This document shows positions 42,423 through 57,329 of a stretch of DNA of 64,000 nucleotides, in pieces. Every line of letters starts with the position of its first letter. Position 1 is the stretch's first letter. The position numbers and the translations under genes are program-made. The stretch comes from the human T2T-CHM13v2.0 reference genome, Homo sapiens. The stretch is from NCBI RefSeq assembly GCF_009914755.1, contig NC_060931.1. One strand, 5' to 3'. The notes under the pieces are model-generated. The model was not told the DNA's origin and did no database searches. It worked only from the letters and a program-made list of their open reading frames with translations.

Positions 42423-43637
42423 CTAAACTTATATTCTAAGCCAAAAAAGTTTTACCTTTATAGCTACTATACACCAATTTGAAGAAAGCATGAATGGCAG
42501 TAGAGAGATGTTTTGTGTTTACTTCCTGCAGATGGCAGTTTGCAATGACATGAGAATAAGTTTGTCCAAATGAGAAAAAATTATAGATCTGCCCAGCTAA
42601 CACTTTCACTGAAGAAGTTTCACCAAAATTTGCAAAACAGACCCACATCATTTCATGGAGGAGGAAATGACCAAGTATATGAATATAATACTTGTTTGCC
42701 CCTTTAGTCATTGCCACTTTATACAATATAGATAGTAGATCAGGGATATACATATTATATTTGTTTTACTATAGTCAAACATCAGCGTCATGGAAAGCTG
42801 ACAGTGATACTAGGCTGCTTTCAAAAATCAACGTTTTCTGTAGCTTAATTCAGTTTTTGATGTCTAATGACTGATGAGGTTGTTTTATCTAATGGGTATA
42901 ATTAGACACCTTATATAGTAAAATTGAAACTGCAAGAGCAATACAAGTACATTGCGTATTTATTCAAATAATTTTAATACATTCGTTTAAACTGTCAAAT
43001 GCGTGAAGCAAATAGAAAATGAAAACTGAAAGAATTTTAAGATCAAGAGAAACCCAGAGTTTGTAGAACCTCAGGCATAGATGAATAAAATGCAGTCACA
43101 ATTTCATAGAAAAGTTACAGGTTTTCATGACTAGAAATCATAATATAGGTTCTTGAGGCTATATTTGACTAGTGAATTTTAGCCTGTGACTGTGGTATTA
43201 AGTATCTTACATACCAGTGTGTTCAACTCTCAGAAGAAGTTGATTGAGTCGACAAGAAACAATATGCACCAAGAAACCTGCCATGCTAACATTTTGAAAA
43301 CAATCAAATGGCACCCAGAATCATCCTGAAATTTTTAGTTATGTAGGAGACACAAATCTGTGCAATACGTAAATCTACCTTAGTCTGTGAAAGGATATAT
43401 TCTTTTATAAAAATCTCAAGTTTGACAATGAGCATACTTGAGCCTTGAATATTGAATGTGCATGCATTCTCAGAGATGTATGTATGTCTAAGGTCAAAAC
43501 TCAGATGTACCTTGACTAAACCCTCCTTTCTCACTTTTCTCCAGAAGACTTCAAATACCTATCTCACATTTATTTGATTAATGGCTAAAACTAAGTCAAC
43601 AAGTAATCATTTTAAAATAATAAACAGGTTAAATTAA

Positions 43638-43980
<343 letters not shown>

Positions 43981-43994
43981 TCGATTTTAAAAAT

Positions 43995-44130
43995 AGGGTA
44001 CAGTGTATACTGCTCAGGTGATGGGTGCATCAAAATCTCACAGATCACCACTAATAACTTACTCATGTAACCAAATACCACCTGTACTCCAATAACCTGT
44101 GGAAAAATAAACTAAAAATACAAAAAATAA
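43995..44130 (+). mobile_element. L1PB-like extreme 3' end
   Basis: tgtatactgctcaggtgatgggtgca...catgtaaccaaataccacctg then A-rich tail. Confidence 0.8.
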
Positions 44131-44769
44131 AATGTATGTTTTTTGCAGATTATAATTTATTAGCCCATTAATTTTTTTAATAATGTAAGCTATTGGAACA
44201 TCACTGCAGTAGAAAAGTACCATTCTCTTTATGTAAAAAGGAGAAGAAAGGTCCACATCTTTGGAGGATACATTCATTTTATCAGTGCATAACAATAGAT
44301 GGTTAATAATGCCCCAGGAGTCAAATAACACAAAAAGGGTAGACAACGTCAGATTAGATTGTAGTTTGGGATACTTCTCAAGTTTGAAGAATATTGTAAT
44401 GTGTATTTTGAAGACTATAATATTTGTAACAAAATAATGAAGAGGTGCTTTGAACACATGAAAGCACTATAATTCCTCTGTCTAATCACTTTGCACAGGT
44501 ATTCTTCGACCCTGTCCTGAAACTTGATTGTTAGATTAACATTTAAATTACTACAGTATGATGTCATTACATACCACAGAGAGCTCCATTTGGAAAGGTC
44601 ATTTTAATTAGAGATAATATGAATACTAAAACTACATCTCCGGCCTACTCACATCTTTCCATCATGTCTTCTAAAATCCTTCTTTCTTGGTAATTAAATC
44701 CCTAACAACAAACTCAATTTGCAAGAAGCTTCCAAAATCTCTTTACCTTAATTGAATAATTGTTTCCAC

Positions 44770-45050
44770 AACAGGCATAATAACGGAGCCTCAAAGATGT
44801 CATTGTCATAATCCTGGAACCTGTGAATATGTTACCTTACATGGCAAAAGGGACTTTACACATGTGATCAAGTGAAAGACCTTGAGGAGGGGAAACTACC
44901 CTGACTTATCCAGGTAGATCCAATATAATCACATGGGTCTTTAAGAGATAAGATGTTTTGATAAAAGCAGAAAGCCAACCGGGATGATGCAGTGCGAGAA
45001 AAACTAGATCCAGAAATGCTTGCTTTGAAGATGGAGGAATGGGGCCCTGA
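44770..45050 (+). mobile_element. MLT1 (MLT1D-like) MaLR LTR fragment
   Basis: tggaacctgtgaatatgttaccttacatggcaaaagggacttt. Confidence 0.82.
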
Positions 45051-45909
45051 CCTACAGAGATGCCTACTCAGGAGGTGCTGTCAGCCTCTACCATGTGTGG
45101 GAGGGTAGCTGGATCCCAGTCTCCAGTGACAATGTAGCTGATCTACATGACAAGTATAGTGGATCTATCCCTTGAAGGAGGGTGGATGTGACTGCTTGCA
45201 TTTTGGGGGTAACTGTCATTGGTAATACGGATCAGTGCTCCATCCAGGTATAGTGGAGGGGTCTTCAACTGTATCAGTACTTTTTTAAAGCTCTGGAACT
45301 TTGACCTCTATGGGTTACCAGTTGTTAATGAGCTATTGCAGAGGTGTCTGTTTTACTTTCTTGAATGTTAACATTATACTATTCAATACTTGAAAAAAAA
45401 AATGTTTTCTGTATGCCACAAACTAAGCCTGGAACTAGAAACACAGCAATAAACAAAGCCCCAAACTATTGTTCTATTTTCTTCATAAAATTACCCCAAA
45501 TATACTTTTCTCTCCTATTTTTAGTGTTCCTTTCTTCAATATTTGACACTGTTACCTGCTTTCTGGCACTTACTTATTTTGCTTCTTTACCACTTATCAC
45601 CTTGATTTTAACACCAGCCTCCTGAACAGTCTCTGAGTCCCAGCCATCAATTCTGTACTCTGCTGCAAAGAGTCCTTTCTGAATTGTGAATTTTTTCTCA
45701 TCCTCTGGTTAAAAATCATTCATTGACTACCCATAGCCTCCAGAATAAGTTATTAAGTCCCTATAATTTTATATAAGGGATTTTATATGTACTTAGGTAA
45801 TTATTCACATTTTTATCTCTAAAATGCTGCTTTTATAGCCTGTGTGCCAGTCATTCTGAACTTCTTTTGCCTGGATATCATTCTGAATATCTCTTTCTGG
45901 GACCTAAAC

Positions 45910-46865
45910 AAGTCGGACCTAAATAAAATAGTTTCTGCACAGCAAGAGCAACTATCAACAGAGTATGGACAACCTGCAGAATGGGAGAAAATATTCACAA
46001 TCTATGCATCCAACAAAGGTTTAATATCCAGAATCTATAAGGAACTTAATTCAAAAGCAAAAAACAACCCCATTAAAAAGTGGGAGAAAGACATGAACAA
46101 ATTCTTTCATACATACAAGTAGCCAACAACCATATGAAAAAAAGCTCCACATCACTAATCATCAGAGAAATGCAAATCAAAACCACAATGAGATACCATC
46201 TCACACCAGTCAGAATGGCTATTATTAAAAAGTCAATAAATAATAGGTGCTGGTGAGGTTGCAGAGAAAAGGGAACACATACACTGCCAGTGGGAATTTG
46301 TTTAAATTAGTTCAGCCACTGTAGAAATCAGTTTAGAGATTTCTCAAAAAACTTAAATCAGAATTATCATTCAACCCAGCAATCCCGTTACTAGGTATAT
46401 GCCCAAAGGAAAATAAATCATTCTACCAATAAGACACATGCATTTGTATGTTCATTGCAGCATTATTCACCATAGCAAAGACATGGAATCAACATAGGTG
46501 CCCATCAACAGTGGATTGGATAAAGAAAATGTGATACATATACACCATGGAATACCACACAGTCATAAAAAGAATAAAATAATTCCTTAGCAGAAACATT
46601 AATGCAGCTGGAGGCCATTATCCTAAGCAAATTAATGTAAGAACAGGAAACCAAATGTCACATGTTCTCGCTTATAGAACAATAGACATTGAGAATCACT
46701 AGAGGGAGTGAGGGAGGCAAGGGTTGAAAAACTAACCTTTGGGGACTATTCTCAGTACCTGGCGATGGGATTAATCAAGACCCAAAACCCCAGTACATAT
46801 ACACATGTAACAAACCTGCACATGTACTCCCGACTCTAAAACAAAAGCTGAAATTATTAAAAACA
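45910..46865 (+). mobile_element. L1PA/PB 3' ~0.95 kb
   Basis: EWEKIF ORF2 remnant; aaatgcaaatcaaaaccacaatgagatacc; aacaaacctgcacatgtac. Confidence 0.93.
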
Positions 46866-47343
46866 TACAAAAACGTTGTTGCAGATAGGTAGGTTTACTC
46901 TAGAGCATTTGTAAAAATTATTATGCTACGTTGTACATGCTTCCTTGGGACTGCCTAGATAGTAAAATCATGCTTCTATTTTTTTCCATATTTTGATTGC
47001 CATTGGCTTTAGTAAAACTGATTAGATTAGTAGAACAACTAATCTAGTTGTTCTAGACACATTCTTAATTTCTTCAGACACCCAATAAATACATTATTGT
47101 ATTAATCTATACTTTTATGATTTATGATGGACTCTTGCTAGGATTAATATATTAAAGTTTCTGTTTAACATAACATAGTGTGACATGACACTTATTAAAA
47201 AAGAAATCAAAGATTGAAATATAAAAATGATTATTTTATCCCCAAAGACCTTGTTAGTGACAGCATGTAATTTGAAGGTAACGTGAAGATGCAACAAGGA
47301 GGTACAATAATTTGCTAACTAAGGATTCCCTTTTCCCATATGA

Positions 47344-47424
47344 CTTTTCTTTCTTCCTTCCTTCCTTTCCTTCTTTTTTTCTTTTTTCTTTCTTTCTTTC
47401 CTTCCTTTCTCTTTCTTTTTCTTC
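47344..47424. repeat. CT-rich (TTTC/TTCC)n simple repeat
   Basis: pure polypyrimidine tract. Confidence 0.9.
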
Positions 47425-50355
47425 AATACTGAATAGAAGCAAAACCTGAGCTTTTCATTTTTATCAAATTACTGACTCGATGGTAGTTTTCAATAATTTC
47501 ATTGATCTTTTGTTCCATGGTTTTAGAGCTGAGGCTTTCTTTCCCTTGTGAAGCTACACGTGACAGGAAGATATATTGATCCAATTTATCTTAATTCCTC
47601 ATGTCTCAGTACAATATTTTTGCAACTTTATGCAACTGAGATGTGGAAATTTTTTAAAGCAGAAAAAAGGAAGAAAATTTACCATAGACTACATAGTATT
47701 GATATTATGAGGGAAAGCAGGCAGTTTTCAAACCTTTATTTATTTGCTTTGCATAGATCAAGCTAACTTCAATATTAGCTATATATTCCAGAAGGAAACT
47801 TCTCACGTTATTTTGAGAGTTCATTGTGGTCTTAAACGCAGTGTTTCATGTAGTGCACAACCCAATAAAATACTAAAAAGCCAGTGATAAAATTCTCTTC
47901 CATAAAGTAGAATTCAGCAACCAAATCAACCAGAAAACTTGAGCCATGATGACATTTTCAGTGACCCCAAAGCAATCGCCTTTATGGTTCAAGCAATGTG
48001 TAATGTTGGTGTTTAACCCTATTGAGAATGTTGGTCACGACTTACACTGGCTTTCTATTATCTCTGTTTTAACAGCTGGAATTTCTGCCTGAGTAGTGTG
48101 TTTTAAATTTAAAAGGCATTCCCAGCATTAACATGTGGGCTGCATTTTCTGTTTCAATGTGATATGGAGAAATTTTTCAATGGCTTCTCTTGTGCTTGAA
48201 AGTAACCACTAATGTGGGCAGATACATGTGTCTGTCAGAAAAAAGTGTCTCTAAAATATAAATGGTAGATCTCTCCAGGGGAGTTTTCCTCTTTGGGCCT
48301 TGAGGGATGCCCTCAGAACCCAGAATGTCTGTGGTAAGCTCTTTCCGACAGGTGTGAGTCATTGCACAGCAGGTGCCACATGTGATGCCAACTCAATAAA
48401 ATGAGTTTCCCATTTGTAAATCAGCTTCATGAACTAATACTCTTTTGCTTGTCTTCAGTGCCATAGGGATATTCTGAAATATGCTAGAAGTCAACTAGAA
48501 TATTATAAGTACTACAGGACAAAACAAACAATCATTTATTTTATTAGCTATTTCTAGTGATTAGGAAAAATAGTAAAATACACAATGTTCATTACATATA
48601 TTTCTGCCAACAATGGAAAATAGGTGAAAGTGCAGTATTGTTACACAATGTCTCAAATAAATAAACATAATATGCAGTTTAATTCTTTAAATAATAGCTA
48701 CATGATAATGTGTATAACAAATTAATTCTGAATGTGATTCACTCTACCATATCTTTTTTGTTTCTCCTGCCAAGCAATAAAAATATTTATTAAAGGATAT
48801 TTGAAACCTTTCCCAAAGACTAAATAAACAAGCAGAAAAAATACAAAACAGGAGTAAAATAGCAAGTAAATATTTTGACTGTAAAGCTAATAGTTTTGCA
48901 TTTTAATTGCGTTTTAACATTTTTTTCTCTAAAAAAGTAATATATTTGTATCATACATTAAAATTTAGGAAATACTTTTGCATGTATTTATCTTGTTTCA
49001 TCCTCACGGTAAACCTGTGAAGTAAACAGGGTCAATAATATTTTCCACAAATATTATTTTCTTTTTAGAGGTGAGGAATCAGAGGCAGGGTGAGGCTTGG
49101 CAAGTCTCAGTGTCTTCTAACTAACAATTCCATATTCATTTGCAGTTTTACCCACTTTACTTATTGTAGTTGGAGAGGAGTATATGTGTTTGCGTTGTTA
49201 GGTGTGGTTGAATGTCATTTATAAGGTACTTAATGCATAATCAAGGCCCAAAAATATATATTAAGATTTTTTTGAAAAAAATCTTATTTTATCAAATTGC
49301 ATTTTCAAACGTTTGTAAGTCCTTTAATACCATTGGAATAGCTGGCAGATGTTATTAGCATTTTTTAATAATTCAGCACATAAATATAATACATGTAAGT
49401 AAACTCAATTGTCTTATTCCTAAAACTTTTAATAAATATTTGCTTGAAGCTATATTTGAAGGCAAAATTCTGTTTTCACTTCCCTTGTGTATCCTCTAAT
49501 TATTACGTCAGGATTCCATTCTCTTCCTCACCCTAAGTGACCTAACTTTATGCCAATATTACAACTCCCACACTCACCCTCTCAAACTCTTTAATTCCAC
49601 ATTGACAGCTCTGCCTACTGGCTAGGTATGCCACGGTGTCCTAGAGTATTTGAAGCAAATATCCTTCAAACCTTATGTTTTTCCGAAGCCTGCTTTTACT
49701 GGAAAAACATCATTTGCTGCCTATGTCATCCTCACCAACTTTTCAAATATGATCATGCCAGCCTCCTTTTCAAAAACCCTGCAGTGCTTTTGTTTTTGAA
49801 GGAAGTCTAACCTCAAGAATGGGCAGCTCAGGCCCTTCACTGTTTGCCCTCAGGCTTTGTCCCTCATAGTTTCCCCTCCCCTCTCCCTCATCCAATCCAC
49901 ACTCCTGCACAAGTGACTTTCTTTAAAGTTGCATGCATGATAATACTCATAGCTGTTTGATTATTGGGAAGGGGAATTCCATTCGGTTTTTTGCTTATTC
50001 GTTTGTTTTCCTACAACATTAACTCCTACTTATCCAAAAGAAAATGCTGTTTAAAAATGACTTTGCTGGAAAAAAAAAATGACTTCACTGATATTCTCTA
50101 AGAAATCTCCAATCAAAATTTCTCCCATGGATGATGCTGTATATCTCTTGTAGCATTATTTACATTGTATTGTGATTATGCACTCATGGATAATTTAACA
50201 AACACTTAAGAAGCTTATGTTCCAAGCTTACTGTGTTTCAGGTATTCAATCAATATTGAATATAGGAAGTATGATGCATGCTAGTCTTTTTTAAACCCCA
50301 TGAAAATTGAGAAAATAGACTCTAATTGTCAATTTAACATAGAAAAGCCAAAATG

Positions 50356-50631
50356 GGCCGGGTACGGTGGCTCATGCTTGTAATCCCAGCACTTTGGGAA
50401 GCCGAGGCGGGTGGATCACTTGAGGCCAGGAGTTCAGGACCAGCCTAGTCAACATGGTGAAAACCTGTCTCTACTTAAAACACAAAAATTAGCTGGGCAT
50501 AGTGGTGCACACCTGTAATGCCAGCTACTCAGGAGGCTGAGGCACGAGAATGACTTGAACCCAGGAGACAGAGGTTACAGTGAGCCAAAATCCCGCCACT
50601 GCACTCCAGCCTGGGTGACGTTAAAAAAAAA
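50356..50631 (+). mobile_element. Alu (AluS-like) inserted into the 5' TSD of the neighbouring L1
   Basis: flanked by agaaaagccaaaatg / agaaaagcccagatg. Confidence 0.93.
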
Positions 50632-50648
50632 AGAAAAGCCCAGATGAA

Positions 50649-51033
50649 TACCACGGAATACTATGCAGCCATAAAAAATAATGAGTTCATGTCATTTGCA
50701 GGGACATGTATGAAGCTGGAAACCATTGCCCTTAGCAACCTAAGACAGGAACAGAAAACCAAACACCACATGTTCTCACTCGTAAGTGGGAGTTGAACAA
50801 TGAGAACACATGGACACAGGGAGGGGAACATCACACACCGGGGCCTGTCAGGGGCTGGGGGAGATGGGAGGGAGAGCATTAGGACAAATACCTAATGGAT
50901 GTGGAGCTTAAAACATAGATGACGGACTATTAGGTGAAGCAAACCACCATGGCACATGTATACCTATGTAGCAAACCTGCACGTTCTGCTCATGTATCCC
51001 AGGACTTAAAGTAAAATAAAAATGAAAGAAAAA
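50649..51033 (+). mobile_element. 5'-truncated L1PA 3' end
   Basis: ggaatactatgcagccataaaaa...gaggggaacatcacacaccgggg...catgtatcccaggacttaaagta. Confidence 0.95.
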
Positions 51034-51632
51034 ATTGATGTGAAATCTTTGAAAATTAAAATGTTATACGAAACCAAAAGTTACTATGGCCAAGGAAGAA
51101 ATTTCAAAGACAAATGGGCAAAGTTCATTACACAAAATAACTGAGTTGAACAAAATAGAAAAGGAAGTGGCCACATAGTCATTGCATGAAAACATTGATT
51201 ATTAATGGTTGTCTATTGGAACTCTGAAATAAATTTTCACTGCATTGCCAAAAAAAAGAAAAAAAAGAAAAAAAAAAAGAAAAGCCCAAGTGAACAGGTT
51301 TCTGCTATTAATATATAATATAGTAGGATATTTTTTCCTTCAATATATTAACTATATTTTAATAGCTAATAACAACATTTTAATGGTTGAATTATATTTG
51401 GTAGATAATTTCAATGGCAGAAATAAAATAAAGTTTTGAGAAGGAATGTCTCTCTGTATCTGAAATGTAAAAATTAATTAATGTAGGGTTAAATTTCTTG
51501 GAAAGTTAAATTTTTATTAGAAAAAAATAAATATAAATTAAAAAATATATCTTAATTTGAGTTGGAAACACTAACGGGTAAGTTAAAAAAATAATATAAT
51601 ACGATTAAGGGTTATCATATTTGTTCTAGAAA

Positions 51633-51876
51633 GGTGGCACAATCTCAGCTTACTACAACCTCCCCCTCCCAGGTTCAAGCCATTTTCCTGCCTCAGCCTC
51701 TCGTCACTAGGATTACAGGCACATGCCACCATGCCCGGCTAGTTTTTGTACTTGCAGTAGAGACGAGATTTTGCCACGTTGGCCTGGCTGGTCTCAAACT
51801 CCTGACCTCAAGTGATCCACCCACCTCAGCCTCCCAAAATGCTGGAGTTACAAGCATGAGTCATTGTACCCAGCCC
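51633..51876 (-). mobile_element. Alu, 3'-truncated (no tail)
   Basis: reverse-complement Alu ending tgtacccagcc. Confidence 0.9.
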
Positions 51877-52010
51877 AAGCAAGTGGTATTAATGGGTAAT
51901 TTCCAAATGACGTTTTTGGCAATTGGTGTTAATAACTATCTATAATAAAGACCATATAGGTGGCAAATTTGCGAGAACATGTTCTAGCTCAATAACATAT
52001 AAGAAATTAA

Positions 52011-52466
52011 TGTGGCTGATTGTATTTTCCAGCATTGGCTATAACAACAAGGTCTTTTATCCAATGTCCTCTTCTGTGCAGGTGCCACCTATTCACTCCC
52101 CAATTAATTGGTGACTTTTTTTTTTTTTTTTGGAATGCTCCCTCTTGGAATCCAGCTACCATGTTAAGAAGCTCAAAGCACTTGGAGGGGCCATGTGTAG
52201 GTTTTCTAATTCAAAGTCTCAGTGCAGCGCAGCCTTTGAATCATCACAGCACAATTTCCAGACATCTAAGTGAAGATGTCTCCAGACGATTCCAGTCTGC
52301 AGCCATTTGAATATTCTCAGCTGAAGCCCTAAAAATTGTGGATGAGAAACAAGCCACCTCTACCAGGCCCTGAATAAATCCCTGACCCACAGAATCCATT
52401 ACTATTAAAAAATAGTTTTACACAATTGCATTTGAGGGTTTTTTTTTTTGTTGTGTGGCAATAGAG
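52011..52466 (+). mobile_element. MLT1 (H/I-like) MaLR LTR
   Basis: tgtggctgattgtattttcc...ctcttggaatccagctaccatg...ccctgacccacagaatc...gcaataga. Confidence 0.7.
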
Positions 52467-54205
52467 CATGGTTTAAATAGAAGAAATATTACTTAGAGGT
52501 AGTTATTACTATTAACATAATTACTAATAAGTCAAATGAAGCATTTACTATCAAAATAAGACAAATAAAAAGTTATAATAATGTCTGGGAGTGAAAGAAT
52601 GTTAACAGAGATGTTCTCACACTTTGCTAATAAAAGTGTGAAATGGTATAACCTGTGGAAAATAATTTAGCAATAACTGTCAAAGGTCTTAAGAGAATTA
52701 TCACCTAAATGAAACAATGCATTGTCATTTTACTGGTAAGAGTCATTGAAATGAAAACACATATATAGAGATATATAGGTAGATACACAAAATTGACATA
52801 GGTATCGAAAGTTAGGCAATCATATATGCTTTTTCAGAGCATTAATTAGTGCCATGATTTTGAAGATTAATTTAGGGGTGCCTATTAATTTCAAAGAGAG
52901 CTTGATCATTTTATCAAGAAATTCTCCTGATTAGAATCTATTCTAAACCAAGATAAATGCATAAGTCTTTACCAGCCACATGTGTGGAACAGAAAAAAAG
53001 ATATCCAACATAAACATTGATCAATACAGAAAAAATAATTTATAGTACAGTCATATATTGAATGCATAAATCTTATTGTAATTTTTCAAATCACCCAAGA
53101 AAACAATAATATATTTCAGCAGGGTTTGGTGCTGGGGTCCAGGACAGTAGCTTTTGAAAACTTTTGCTATGCATTTGATATCTTTCTGAGTGTTTGGACT
53201 TTTGCAATTTTTGCATTGTACATATATTGAATTTTTAAACAAATAATTTTAACTACATTAATTTTTTCACTTGAAAGACAACTCTGTAAAGGGGCTTTGC
53301 ACTAGTACCAAACTCACACATTTGTTGCAAAGATTATATGATGTGATCTGTGTTAAAAATGTCTTGTTCAAAGTAAGTGATTTAAAAAAATGATTATCAT
53401 TTTTGGAAAAGAAAGAACGTTAAAATGTAAATGTGATATATATATTTGGAGGTTGTTTCAAACTAATAGTTACAAAGGGAACTGAGTGTCTTATTGAGGT
53501 TTATATTTCATAGCATGTTCCCAGTGAATCACCTATAAAAGTCACTCCTGGACCGACTGTTTACAACATTGACTCTTGCTCATATCCCAGATTTACTAAC
53601 CGAAATTCTTATCTTTATTTATGACAAGCTCCTAACTAAAGTTTCTACAGTCAAGTCAAACTACAACAACCTTAACAATGCTTCCCAATTAGTTTAGAAG
53701 CATCTTTTAAATTAATAATTGGAGAAGCTTTCACATTCTGAACACTCACAAAAATATCTATTCCATAAAAATATATCTCTAAATACTTGTTGAAATATTA
53801 GTACATTCTGTGTTCTACAAAAAAGCTTTCAGATTTTTCAAAATCTAAAATTTTGAAGTATAGATTTACAAAATTTCTAGAGGTGTTAAATGTGAATAGT
53901 TAATTGTAAATGAGGATACAAGACAAAGACGATACATACCGAGCAAATAAGGTGTTGTATCATTTTATTTGAGGGTGTAGCTCAAAACTTTTTATAGCTC
54001 TATAGCTTATCAAAGTTAGACATAAGAACAGTTAAACACCTTTCACTGATAAAATATACGATGATCCCAATCAAACCTCATTATTTTGGGAAAGAATAAA
54101 ATTTAATTTAAGAACATTTCATAGATTTTGTATTTCTATACTTAATAATTTTCTTTAAAATAATTATTTATGAAGAAATTCATTAGAAACTATATTTTTC
54201 ATATA

Positions 54206-54284
54206 TTAGGTTGGTGCGAAATAACTGTAGTTTTACCATTACTTTTCATGGCAAAACCTGCAAGTTATGTTTGCACCAACCTAC
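54206..54284. mobile_element. MADE1 (Hsmar1 mariner MITE)
   Basis: TA|ttaggttggtgcgaa...tttgcaccaacctac|TA. Confidence 0.92.
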
Positions 54285-54615
54285 TACATATATATAAATT
54301 TTAAATTCTAACAACACATTTGAGAAACTTTCCGTCAAATGAACACCTAAATAATCTGGAATCAGCAATTCCAGATTGTTTCATATATTGCTCTTACTTA
54401 ATAAAAACCTGCAAATTGGCTCCCTGGAAAACAACTTTATTAAACTGATCAAAAATCTTTCTCTTACAAAGAAGACATTATAAAATAATATTGATAGTAT
54501 TTTGGGTTAAATTCTTTTGCTCTGGGGACTGCCATTTTCAAATGCAACATAAAATAGAAGATTTAAATGCATTAATAAGCAGTATGCAATCTCAAAGCAA
54601 ACTTTATTAAATTAG

Positions 54616-55177
<562 letters not shown>

Positions 55178-55466
55178 AACTGTATTTCTTATGGATGTAA
55201 TTCTAATAGCATTCTCTTACAAAAAATATTTATCTAAAAATAAGTGTCCTTTTAGTCCATATTGTGTCCATTTAACAAACTAAATGTTAGACCTTGAAAA
55301 AGTTCTACTCTTTTTCTCATTGAGGATGCCACTTTTGTTCATCTGTGTGACTCAGTTAATACATGATTTTGCACAATAATATCCTAATTGACCTGTAGGC
55401 ATTTATTATCCAAAACATGTTTGAGTTAACTTGCCATAAACTGTTGCTTACTTAATAAAGAAATTA

Positions 55467-55823
<357 letters not shown>

Positions 55824-57000
55824 TTAATTTATTCTTCAATATTTATACACCAAACCTCACCTGTATATTCTAACAAAAATATCAGATACTCTAAGTGAAT
55901 GTAACATCTTCGTCTATAGTTAGTTAGCAATATTATTTATATCATTGGTCTTTCGTGATGTAAAATTCCATGGTTAATATACTTAACTTCATCTTCATGT
56001 ACATTTTAATTTGTATCCTAATATTTTTTCAAAATTATTAAATGTTTTTCTTTCCCTCTATATATGTAACATGTCATTTTCTGTGTCTATCATAAAGTCA
56101 ATATTCAACTTTAAAGTAGCAACAAGTTGAGCTCATGTTGGAGCCTTTCTTTGTATAGATTACATTGATGTTAAATTATTTCATGATGTGTTTATATCAT
56201 ATGATTTAATTGTTTATGTGGGGACCATAATATCAATACTATATTTGGTAATGTGAAACTTTCAGCTGAAATATTTTTTCTCATGATACCTGTTACTATT
56301 CAAAAGTTAGGCATTATGTTTTATAGTAGTTCTCTAACATATGTGTGTGTGTGTACACACACACGCATACATATAAAACGTGTGTTAAAGATATACAACA
56401 CAAATAAATCTAAAAGGTCAGGCATAATAAGAAAATAAAAATGTTGTCTGATCTAATAAACTAGTAAGAAGAAAATGTGGGGGAGGAAGAATAAGAAGAG
56501 GAGAAGAATAGAAATAAAAATAAGAATGAGAATAAGAATCAAGATTTTTTATAAAGAGAGTTAACTCAAGTGGCAGATAAGAAAGATGAAGTTTCTGGTT
56601 TGATTTTATAGCCTTTCAACCTCAATTTCGTTACTTGTTAAATATATATACATACATATATATACACACATATACATATATATGTATTTATGTTTCTGTT
56701 ACTGCTATCTTCTGTGACTATTATGAGAATCAGAGGAAGGAATGCAAGTAAAAGTCAACAGAGAAACTTCAGGAACTAGAAAATTTAAATACATGATATA
56801 AGCAAGTATACAAAGAAAACTGATGTCTTAAAAATCCAAGGGTTTGCAAGCAGATATTTTATATCAAACCCAATGGTGCATAATGCTAATTTTACTCAGC
56901 ATTATTTTCTTTTTGTTGTTATTCTACAGTTAATTTTAAAACCTTGTTCAATATTGGAAGAAGCCAATATGGTATAAGAATGTATATCTATATGGGTGGT

Positions 57001-57328
57001 TGTATTAGTCCGTTTTTATGCTGCTGATGAAGACATACCTGAGACTGGGCAATTTACAAAATAAAGAGGTTTAATTGCAACATGGCTGAGGAAGTCTCAC
57101 AATCATAGCAGAAGGCAAGGAGGAGCAAGTTATGTCTTACATGGATGGCAGCAAGCAAAGAGAGCTTGTGCAGGAAAACTCACCCTTATAATAACCGTCA
57201 GATCTCGTGAGACTTACTATCATGAGAACAGCATGGAAAAGGCCTGCTCCCATAATTCAATTACCTCCCACTGGGTCCTGGTGGAATTCAAGATGAGATT
57301 TGGGTCAGGAGACAGCCAAACCATATCA
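57001..57328 (-). mobile_element. THE1 (THE1B/C-like) MaLR solo LTR
   Basis: tgtattagtc...cagccaaaccatatca termini; 5-bp TSD gtggt/gtagt. Confidence 0.9.
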
Positions 57329-57329
57329 G

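Noticed and set aside
45050-45350. GC-richer segment after the MLT1 LTR
   Set aside because: Probably an old ERVL/MaLR internal fragment; cannot assign or support anything further from sequence alone
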